Assembly: GCA_002269645.1 (NCBI GenBank)
Contig: NIVC01000570.1
Span: 1-64,000 of the forward strand
Source of the DNA: Macrostomum lignano
Lineage: Eukaryota
Length of the DNA stretch: 64,000 bases
Direction: 5' to 3'
This document shows, one piece after another, positions 1-10,800 of the stretch (the stretch's first letter is position 1; each line of letters opens with the position of its first letter). Made by a program: the position numbers and the translations under genes. The notes beneath the pieces were generated by a model. It was not told the DNA's origin. It did not search any database and saw nothing but the letters and a program-made list of their open reading frames with translations.

Positions 1-468
1 ACTGAATTTCCATTGTAATAGGGAGGATAAAATGAGAAAGAAGTCTTCTTCCCGTTTCAATAGACTCTTTCCTGAGCTGATGAACAATTTTAGATTTCCA
101 CATGCCCATGGCCCGTGCCTGTGCCGAGAACCGCCAGACAATACCCCACGACCGCCGCCGCTGCGTCAAGAAATCGGCCCGGCGGAGGCGCAGCAGCCGG
201 GTCCGCTCTGATTTCAGCTATCGATGACAGCAACGAAGAGTCGCGCAGTCGACGGTCGAGCAAGTATTGTCGCAAACATCGACGGAAGGGTCTGGCCAAT
301 GTTTTATTGATGCATGTACAATGTCTTATAGTAGTTTCAGATCCCCCTCACAAGTGGCAACGTGAGTCGGAGAGAATCTCGATCAATAAGTATCAATTTC
401 ATATTTTCCTCATAAATCTATAAGTTCCATTGTTTATTCAATGCTATGACTTTTATGCTCATAATGAG

Positions 469-929
469 CATGGGCGTAGACAAGATTTTTTATTGGGGGT
501 ACTATTGTACGCGGGGCGCCAGCACCAAGTGGCGCCAGCACCAAGGGGCGCCAGCACCAAGGGGCGCCAGCACCAAGTGGCGCCAGCACCAAGGGGCGCC
601 AGCACGCGAGGGGCGCCAGCACCAAGGGCGCCAGCACAAGGGGCGCCAGCACCAAGTGGCGCCAGCACCAAGGGGCGCAGCACCGAGGGGCGCCAGCACC
701 AAGGGGCGCCAGCACCGAGGGGCGCCAGCACCAAGGGGCGCCAGCACCGAGGGGCGCCAGCACCAAGGGGCGCCAGCACCAAGGGCGCCAGCACCAGGGG
801 GCGCCAGCACCAAGGGGCGCCAGCACCAGGGGCGCCAGCACCAGGGGGTGCTAAATCGCCGTGAATTTTTGCCAGCTTAGCTATCATAGGAGGCGCAGCC
901 CACTTTGCCCTCCCCTGGCTACGCCCCTG
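469..929. mobile_element. MITE-like element with short TIR-like ends, enclosing a 15-16-bp minisatellite
   Basis: Left end CATGGGCGTAGACA versus the reverse complement of the right end CAGGGGCGTAGCCA. No TSD seen. Confidence 0.5.
513..852. repeat. 15-16-bp minisatellite (CAAGGGGCGCCAGCAC)n
   Basis: Direct inspection; explains the overlapping low-complexity ORFs. Confidence 0.95.
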
Positions 930-1021
930 ATACGAACTGGAAGGGTGGCGGCCTTAAGAATCAGGATTGAATGCGCAGACTGCTAACTCGCTAACTGACC
1001 CCTCAAAAACGCAATCTCCAG

Positions 1022-1202
1022 GTGCCCAACAGCTTCAGTCACGGAGCTGCCAGTATTCGGGCAGATTCCCGACAGCCTGCCGGAGGACGAGCGACGCGAA
1101 CTCAAGACCTTGGAGGGCTTGGTCATTAGCGGCTTCCTGTCGTTGGAAAAGTACCAAGAGATTAGCTCGGCGATCATCGAAGCCGAGGCGGATGCCGATT
1201 AG
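1022..1202 (+). CDS. Probable terminal coding exon of a plus-strand gene whose upstream exons are unresolved; C-terminus is SHOCT-like
   Basis: Acceptor ...gctaac...caatctccAG at 1020-1021 with two CTAAC branch-like motifs. Open frame (G)CPTASVTELPVFGQIPDSLPEDERRELKTLEGLVISGFLSLEKYQEISSAIIEAEADAD ends at TAG 1200-1202, with GC3-rich codons. Not in the ORF track because it has no start codon. Confidence 0.45.
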
Positions 1203-2550
1203 CCGCTAATAACGATAGTGACTCTCCCTTGGACTAATTTATGAGCAAAAGCAATCTTCTTGAGGGACCTCTGACAGTAAAAAAATAGACATTTCGCTAA
1301 AAGCCGGTTGAAATTTTTCAGACTGTTAGCACTAATTCTGCTCGAGGTGCACTCACAAGGTTATCAAGCTATTATTTTTAAAATGCTACCGGAGACGGGC
1401 AAGCAAGCAAAGTTCCGAAAAATTGCAGCTGCTCCTGTCTCTGTGGTGTTTTTTTCCAGACGGATTTGTCTATGGCCAAATCCTAAACAGCGCTGTGCGA
1501 AACAGCAATTTTTTGCGAAATTTCGAGTGCAAAGCTGTGAGTGCACCTTGCGATGCAGCGGTCTTCTGCTTCAGTTGTCTTACGAAGATGTATAGCACTT
1601 CACAAAGATTTGTACATTTCTAATCTGAACTTTCGAAGAATTACTTCGAAATTAATTCAAGTGAACCGTTCCTGTATCTTACGAGTAGTTTAGCACGTTC
1701 ATAAAAAATCAAAAAAAATTTTTTACCCTTACTACATACTACTCAGCCTAACAATTAGCAGCATGCGGTTTGAACTGAAATAAAGAAAGAAATCGTCCTC
1801 AAACTGACATGATACTTCTTTTTCTGCAACTAGTAATCTGTTACAATACTAGTACTGCGATTGCATCTGCTTTATTTTAAATATTATAGAATGCAAATTC
1901 GATAAATTAACAACTAACCAATGAACTAAAGATGAAACTTATCAACGCGCATTGGGAGGCTGGTGAATCGGCTGCTCTTAGACTAGCAGCGCCATGTAGC
2001 AAAAGCACTGAGTCTCACGACTCACACATGCCATTTTTAGAGTGCATATGTTCTTAAGCTACTTTCAATTCAGTAGTATCATCCTTTCAGACTTTTTATT
2101 ATATATTTCTCTGCCCCAATTTTATTGCCGGCCGTCCTGACTTGGGGTGGGGGAGGGGTAAAGCTGCCATGTACATTATCTTGCCGCACTGGCTAATGTA
2201 CATTGTTCCCGCGCTGATAACAAAGTGTGTCACGTGATTCTCTCTCCCTTCCACCCTTCCACCCCGCCGCCTAAATTTTTATTGCCTTCCTTGGTATTCC
2301 AGCCTAGAACTGCTATGATATGCACATTGCAGTGGTGCTGGCTAATGTACAATATTATGGATGAACCAATTAGAAAGTTGTTTACGTCTACAAGCTTTTT
2401 TGGGTTCAAAACCTAATCGAGTCATCATACTAACTGGCGGCTCAACTAGTTATCTTAGTATCTGGTTGGGGAAAATAGCTACAAATTTCTAGCACTTGCT
2501 ACTGAATGGGAAGTAGCATAAAACATGTGTGGAAAAATTCGGTTGCTAAA

Positions 2551-3118
2551 TCAAGCGGCAGCGGATTCGGCCTCCTTGCCAACGTAGAAGCTCTGCCGGA
2601 GACCCAGCATGCCAGGCTGATATTTCGGCGGCGGCTGGCCACCTCCGGCCGCAGGTCGGTCAGCATGCAGCGCTCGCGGAAGGCGGCCAGCTGGTTGCGA
2701 AATTTGGCCCGTTCCCGGCGGCGCTTGGTCTGGCCGGGGCCTTTCAGGTAGGCCGGCGGCGATCGCGCTTAAGCTGCAGCAGCCGGCCGCCCATGTAGTA
2801 GGTGGCCAGGTCCCGCAGCCGTTCAGCGCCGTCCGAGTCTACGTCGTCCGAGGCGTCCTCGGAGCCGCTGTCGGCGCCGCGCACCTGACCATCAGAGGGT
2901 GAGGCGAGCACCCGTGGCCGATCGCCGACGAATTCGACAACGTGCAGGCGCTCCCGATCGGCCAGGTGCTGAAACGATTCCTGCTGGCGTAGGATGCGAA
3001 AGAAGGCGCGCATGATGGCCTTGTAGTTGACGCTGCCTTCCACCTGAGGTTGTGGGGGGAGAGGGAGGGGTATCACGATGGCTGCAACAGAGCACTTACG
3101 GTGGCTGGATGGATAGAT

Positions 3119-3166
<48 letters not shown>

Positions 3167-4694
3167 TTAGATAGATAGATAGATAGATAGATAGATACTA
3201 GACAGGCAGACAGTCCTGACCTTAGCGTACAGATCCTCAATGCCGATGACCCGGCAGACCTCCTTGATGAGCCGGTGGCAGCGTAGGCCGTAGCCGGGCT
3301 CCTTGGGCAGGGCCACCACGCTAGTGGCCAGGTGCTTAGCGTATCCCGGATGCCACAGAGTCCGGCCGCCGTCGCGCAAATCAAAGAACTCCAGCCGCTG
3401 GCCAGCCCTGCTGTTGGCTTTGCGCAGGGCGGCCTGTCTGTTAGGCGACTTGCTGACCGCGTAGCCACCCAGGCCGCGCCGGTTGCCGGTGACCACCATG
3501 ACCGAGAAGCTGGGGTAGCGGCCGAACGTGGCCGTCATGTGCGACACCATTCGAAACTCCACGATTCGCGATTCGAATCCGTCGAACGCGTAGTCCAGCA
3601 CCGGCTGCGGCGGCTCGATCCGCTGGCCGCCCATCTGCGGGGTTGCGGCGCGAGGGTGTTTATTGACTGCCCTATCCCTTTAAGTTGCAACTATAGTACT
3701 GTAGTTACTATAGTAATAACTGGATGGGCCATTTGGGATAGCGATATTTGCCAGCTAGACATTTTCAGCTTGAAATTTACCAGCTAGACATTTGCCAGCT
3801 AGAGATTATTCAGCTAGACATTTGCCAGCTAGAGATTATTCAGCTAGACATTTGCCAGCTAGAGATTATTCAGCTAGACATTTGCCAGCTAGAGATTATT
3901 CAGCTAGACATTTGCCAGCTAGAGATTATTCAGCTAGACATTTCCAGCTTGAAATTTACCAGCTAGATATTTGCCTGCTATAAATTTGCCAACTGGAGAT
4001 TATTCAGCTAGACATTTGCCAGCTAGAGATGATTCAGCTAGACATTTCCAGCTTGAAATTTACCAGCTAGATATTTGCCTGCTATAAATTTGCCAACTGG
4101 AGATTATTCAGCTAGACATTTGCCAGCTAGACTGGATTTAGTTATGTGCAAGTTTAACTCACGAGTCAATTGAATGTATGGGCTCTACAGCTACATATAC
4201 AGCCTAGTTAGGTCTTGACATAGAAAACAGACACCCACCTGACCGCCGGACCAGCCGCGCAGCAGAGGCGGCTGCTTCAACCTGCCCCGCTTCTTGCCCT
4301 GCTTGTTTCGCATCTCCAGAATTCTTTCATTGTATTTCTCCATGTCGAACTGGCCAGGCTCCGGGCGTTTCAGCAGGCCTTTGCTGTCTGTGAGGCGGCC
4401 CTGCAGCACCGGGATGACCAGGCCCTGGGTGTTCACGCCCAGCTGCTGGCCCCGGTTCAAGTCAATACGGGGCCGGGTGACCCGGCGCTTGCCTCGGCTT
4501 CGCTTTTTCTTCTGGCCGGGCGCGCCGGTGACACCGATCCACAGGCGGTCGGAGTCGTACAGGTTGCGAGTGAAGACGCTGGAGCAGCGGCTTAGCACTA
4601 AACTGGACTGTTTAACTGCACTGAATGCGCCGGCTGAGGGTGCCGAGGCTCGGGATACAAGGCTGCTCAATGCTGTGCTCAGCGAGCGGAGCAT
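2551..4694 (-). CDS. MRPS5: Mitochondrial small-subunit ribosomal protein uS5m, 3 coding exons; last exon has apparent frameshifts
   Basis: Exons 4239-4694 (ATG 4692-4694, basic transit-peptide-like start MLRSLSTALSS), 3221-3634 and 3043 downward; all phase-0 GT-AG. S5 domains: FESRIVEFRMVSHMTATFGRYPSFSVMVVTGNRRGLGGYA...GLRCHRLIKEVCRVIGIEDLYAK|VEGSVNY. The uncorrected frame stops at 2744-2746; the likely true C-terminus extends to about 2551 (see findings). Confidence 0.9.
3108..3197. repeat. (GATA)n microsatellite in MRPS5 intron 2
   Basis: Direct inspection. Confidence 0.95.
3745..4135. repeat. 30-bp minisatellite built from two 15-bp subunits, in MRPS5 intron 1
   Basis: Unit CAGCTAGACATTTGC-CAGCTAGAGATTATT. 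Confidence 0.95.
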
Positions 4695-4839
4695 TTCACC
4701 GGCTGCAATAGCGATATTAACATAACAGGCCTTAAGTAGGATCTTACGATACAATAGAATTAAAAACCATATTCAGTAAAACCTAAACACCCGATTTGAA
4801 AATCGAAATACCCAATTTAAAAACCATATTTAATAGAAT

Positions 4840-5865
4840 CTAAACACCCATTTGAAAGAATCTAAACACTCATTCGATAGAATCTAAACACCCCATCTGA
4901 AAGAATCTAAACACTCATTCGATAGAATCTAAACACCTATTCGATAGAATCTAAACACCCTATTCGATAGAATCTAAACACCTATTCGATAGAATCTAAA
5001 CAACCTATTCGATAGAATCTAAACACCCATTCTATAGAATCTAAACACCCTGTTCGATAGAATCTAAACACCCCATTCGATAGATTCTAAACACCCCATT
5101 CGATAGAATCTAAACGCCCTATTCGATAGAATCTAAACACCCATTCTATAGAATCTAAACACCCTGTTCGATAGAATCTAAACACCCCATTAGATAGAAT
5201 CCAAACACCCATTCTATAGAATCTAAACACCCTATTCGATAGAATCTAAACACCCCATTAGATAGAATCCAAACACTCATTAGATAGAATCTAAACATCC
5301 CATTCGATAGAATCTAAACATCCCATTCGATAGAATCTAAACACTCATTAGATGGAATCTAAACACCTATTCTATAGAATCTAAACACTCATTCGATAGA
5401 ATCTAAACACCCTGTTCGATAGAATCTAAACACCCCATTCGATAGATTCTAAACACCCCATTCGATAGAATCTAAACGCCCTATTCGATAGAATCTAAAC
5501 ACCCATTCTATAGAATCTAAACACCCTGTTCGATAGAATCTAAACACCCCATTAGATAGAATCCAAACACCCATTCTATAGAATCTAAACACCCTGTTCG
5601 ATAGAATCTAAACACCCCATTAGATAGAATCCAAACACCCATTCTATAGAATCTAAACACCCTATTCGATAGAATCTAAACACCCCATTAGATAGAATCC
5701 AAACACTCATTAGATAGAATCTAAACACCCCGTTCGATAGAATCTAAACATCCCATTCGATAGAATCTAAACACTCATTAGATGGAATCTAAACACCCAT
5801 TAGATAGAATCTAAACATCCCATTCGATAGAATCTAAACACTCATTCGATAGAATCTAAACACCC
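4840..5865. repeat. About 21-bp minisatellite (GATAGAATCTAAACACCCATTC)n upstream of MRPS5
   Basis: Direct inspection. Confidence 0.95.
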
Positions 5866-6838
5866 TCAATTTTATGCAAGCACTATATGTGATGAAAATG
5901 AAGAGTGCGAGCACTTTAATAAATCATAAGCGAAACAGAAGACTTAGTAGACACTGGCCGTGTGTATATGCAGAATTGCATTGAAATTAATTTTTTTAGT
6001 TTAATAAGGTAAATAATAAACATATTTAATCAGCCAATAAAATAGATTAACAAAAAACTTATCTGCACACAATTAGAATATATATATATAGAAGGGACGT
6101 CAAAAAAGTAAGGAGGCGCTGAACTTTAGTAAATAGGCGACTATTATTTGCAAGCTATAGTAAGCATCATTACTTATTATCACGAGTAAGTCATTTTTTT
6201 GTATGCAGGTTTATATTACACAGATTAACAACTGTACGCCATTGACAAGTGAAAATATAACTGAGAATTGAATTAACGAATGATATAATTTATAATAAAT
6301 AGTTAGTAACGAGTGAGATGTCAACTAATGAACTCCTAATTTACATAGTTCGTACTTGCGCAAAAAAACAAAGTGAATTGAAAAATAGAAAATATGTTAC
6401 ATCATTGAGTAGACATCTATTGGATACTTGCAGTGTTGAATTGACACGAAATTCTATGTAGATATTGTCACTGATACTACTGAATGCCTTGCATGAGTAG
6501 TATGGATCGGACAATAGTAAATTTCTTAAATTCACGTTTGCAACGAAATCAAGAACTAGCGAGTGAAGAGTGTATTGATGCGCAAGGAAACACCGTTCAA
6601 TAAAAAAACGCGAAATCATTAAAGTACAAAAATAGCGTTAATAGTCAATATATAAGCAAGTTAGTTTAGAGACGGCAAGGATCAAAGGAATACAATTTAT
6701 CAATCATTAATAATTAAGAATTTAACTTCAATTTTCATGTTGAGACAAATGAATCTACAAACTCACGGAGGCGCAGAAGGCAAAGGACTAACTAACTGAG
6801 TACTGTACACAAGGATGTAATCAGCTATGCAGCCGGGC

Positions 6839-7813
6839 CTACTTGATCGCTAGTTCGTCGAATTTTCGAAGTAGATCGTCTCGGTCTTTGTCTCGCTTGC
6901 GCTCCCTGGAATAATAATAATAATAATTGATTACACCTGCCCTAATGGGCAGCTGTGCAACCGACAGCTCAGCCGCAGCTATTGCGCGCGCATCTGAAGG
7001 CTGCGTACGGCTGTTCAGTCCAAAGAGTGGGGGTCGCCACACACCCTCAATTACCCCAGCTAATGCTGGCACCCATTTTACAGCTGGGTGAACTGAAGCA
7101 ATGCAGAGTTAAGTGTCTCTTGCTCAAGGACACAAATTGCTCCGAGTGGGTCGAGAATCGAACCCCCGACCTTTCAGTTGTGAGTCCGACGCTCTGACCA
7201 CTAGGCTGCAACCCCCTTGAGCTATGAGAGGCTGCAACCCCCTTGAACTATGAAAGGCTGCAACCCCCTTGAAATATGAGAGGCTGCAACCCCCTTGAAA
7301 TGAGAGGCTGCAACCCCCTTGAAATGAGAGGCTTCAACCCCTTGAAATGAGAGGCTGCAACCTCCTTGAAATGAGAGGCTGCAACCCCCTTGAAATATGA
7401 GAGGCTGCAACCCCCTTGAAATGAGAGGCTGCAACCCTGGAAAGATGCGGTAAGTAATGCTTGCAGGAGGGGTGCCATCAGCGCTATCAGAGTTTCTACG
7501 ATTCACTCCGTTAAAATAAATGAAAGCTTCAACTCACTTTTGTCGTTCAGCTTTGTAGGCATTGGTGAGATCGTCAAACAGCTTCGTATTCATCTCCATA
7601 AAGCCTTTAAGCACATTGTACACCAGGGCTACAATAGTCTGGTTCCAGTGCTCGCGCGAGATTCTATACAGAGCAGGGAACAGGATAGGCATCAGTACTT
7701 CGTTGTTCTCTTCAACTAGCGACATTATGTACTCATTGTTCCAGTAGAACAGAGACCGCTCGGCAACCTGAAGGTAAAGATCAGAGCAGCTCAGCGGTAA
7801 AACGCGTCCGACA

Positions 7814-7865
<52 letters not shown>

Positions 7866-10800
7866 TCCGTGCGTTTGGGGCTTGTGGCAGGAAAATTGTG
7901 CTCCCTATGAAAAATTGGCCCGAATTTTCGCCCGAAAACATATGAAATTGGGCCCGGAACTTTAAATTTGCGGGTGAAAACTAAAAAAGTGGTAGATTCA
8001 CCCGGAAAGCACGCCGACAAAACGTTTGAAACTAAATCGGGCGAAAAAGCGGGACTTTCGCCCGGAAAGCGGGGAAAGCAGAAACCCAGACGTGTGGGTC
8101 TCTAGCCCGTTTTTTTCTAAAAGCGTGTCCTGAGGGACTTTGACGTGACGATGCAGATTAAAAATGGGTTTAAATCGATATAGCTGAACGAGTAGGAAGC
8201 TAGGTGCCCAGGTTCCAAGATTCAACCGTACATGTATGTTTATTATTTTAAAAAGTACGATTATAGGAGTTTATATATCGATCACAAATGGTGGGAAATA
8301 ATGTGTCGAAATCATTTACAGTCGCTTACTATAAAAACCTGTTTCTGAATAAGCTATTCACAGGCTAAAATCTATTTTTTATTAAGTATTTGCTGTGCTT
8401 TTCACTCTTTCATTGCGCTGACCAATGTGAAAAAAGCTAGGAAACAATTTTGCTTGTTTTTTGTTACCCGAAAAAAATTTAAATTTCAGACGCCACGTTT
8501 TCAGAACTTCGATATGTGCTAGCTAGTGAAGCGTGTTTTTTTACTTTTTTATTAATTTATCATAATCTAACAGAAAAAGTTTATTTAACTTCAAAAATAG
8601 TCAATGTGAGGTATTTCACTAAATGAGTCAATAGCAAGGACTGACCCCCTGCCCCTGCCCTGGTTCAGGAATTGGCAGTCACATAGTAAATTATAATTTA
8701 ATTAAGTCCAGTAATTAGCCTATTTATTTATTACTTAACGTTAGTAAAAATAGAAAATAATTTAGAAAACTTATCCTAATTAATATTTCACCTATAATAA
8801 AGATAAGTATTGTATATGAGCACAGAGAGCTTGCTGAATGGTAAAAAGTTTTAGAACATAAGTAACAAATCAATTTAAAAAATCATTTATAAAGTTCAAA
8901 TATAAAACTCTGAGTAGCATTAATATAATTTTTTCTTTTTCAAGTTTGTAGTCTATATAGTACTTTTTTAAAAGCTATGTACTCACATTATTTTTTAATC
9001 TGAATGCTTTTTGTATTTTATTTAATATAATTTTGATAACTTATTATATTCTAAGGGAACCTAAAGCCTAGAACTGAGCATTTTTCAAGGAAGCTAATAA
9101 CTTGAAAAAGTTTTGCAATTTAACATATTCCCAGAGATAGCTCGTAAAGGCCCTTTATATCTTATAAATAAGCCTTCCTTTTGCTCTTATATGAATTTTT
9201 TAGATCTAATAATCTGAATATGTTTTGTAGAATAAACATTTACCATCAGATTTAACATTCCAAGCACTGTACTTATACCATTATAATTAAAGAAAAATTA
9301 TTAATAATCAATTTTGTTGCCTTTTAATTTAGGTTTAGATTTTATTGCTCAATAAACAGAATTTTAGCATCATCATCATACCATGCTCCTAAGTCATTTA
9401 TGCTATGTATACATGCCCCTCAGCCAAGTTTTCCTCTGGCCATTAATATCTGATGACCTTGGGACTGCTAAGCGTCGTCGCCGGGACTATGCCGTCACTA
9501 CAGGACTGGTGTTAGGCGACATACTCCAGCCCAGGACTGGTGTTAGGCGACATACTCCAGCCCAGGACTGGTGTTAGGCGACATACTCCAGCCCAGGACT
9601 GGTGTTAGGCGACATACTCCAGCCCAGGACTGGTGTTAGGCGACATACTCCAGCCCAGGACTGGTGTTAGGCGACATACTCCAGCCCAGGACTGGTGTTA
9701 GGCGACATACTCCAGCCCAGGACTGGTGTTAGGCGACATACTCCAGCCCAGGACTGGTGTTAGGCGACATACTCCAGCCCAGGACTGGTGTTAGGCGACA
9801 TACTCCAGCCCAGGACTGGTGTTAGGCGGCATACTCCAGCCCAGGACTGGTGTTAGGCGACGAAGACCAAACCAGGTGATGTTTTCGTTTTTTTGTATTG
9901 TAGTGTTGTTTAAAACGTTATTGACGCTTTTCTGCAACTGCGCCCCCTTCTACTCCAGGTGCGCTGCTTTGAGTAGCTGGCTAGCAAGCCAGCCTAACTG
10001 GTGCTGCAGCATCTCAGCTGCCAGAATCTGCTGTTACGCCACCCAGTACCAGGCTCACGACCAGTGACACCGCTGACATGTTCAATCAAGCGCAGTATCG
10101 CATCCTGTCGCTCGCTGAGTTATAAATCTATACTTAAACTTTGAACTTATGAATTTCTATCGCATTTGCTTTTGTTCTACACTGATTTGTTTTTTTCATT
10201 GCTTCGTAATGTGGCTGCGACTGGGAGGGAGGGATCTCGAAGTCACCTTAATTTGCACCAGACCCCATTACTGATTTCGGTTCTTCCTATCCTTCCGAAT
10301 GTTGCTATTTCCCCCTCACATCGTTTCTCTCCTTTCTCCATGGTCGCGCTAATACTTTCCCTATCTTAGCTATTTCACATGTGCATTCTGTGTGCACCCC
10401 TCTCCTTGCACTCTGTGCCTTAGATCTACCTCTTTTCAGTCGCAAACGTACTAGTATATTTGGTCATTTCTTAGCTGCAAATGCCCTATAAATACAGTTA
10501 GTTATTTCTCCTTTTTATGGTTTTCTTCAGAATTTCTCTACGTCAAGCCCCTTCATGTTATCTTCTTTACAACTTTGTTTGTTTCTGTTTCGATTCTTTT
10601 CTTAACCCTCCTTTGCTTTTATTACTTTAATGCTTTAATGCTTTTGCTTACTGAACGTATTGAATGCATTCATTAAATATTTAAATAAACTATCGCGCAC
10701 ACTTTTTCTTATTATGTGGCCAAGCTTAAACATTTCTATCTAGATCTAGATTTCTTATTGAATCCCTCCAGAATTGCCTTATTTTTCTTCTCGATACATG

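Noticed and set aside
430-887. Six overlapping 100-144 aa ORFs
   Set aside because: They are translations of the 15-16-bp minisatellite, open in most frames on both strands.
1262-1730. Kolobok-like MITE (AGGGACC...ACCCT)
   Set aside because: The ends match poorly and there is no TTAA target duplication.
7140-7216. tRNA gene
   Set aside because: A/B boxes are present, but the sequence continues into a SINE body and tail and I could not fold a convincing cloverleaf.
9501-9860. Regular 30-bp repeats, and other 25-42-bp arrays, as CRISPR arrays
   Set aside because: The units are head-to-tail with no unique spacers; the context is eukaryotic and there are no cas genes.
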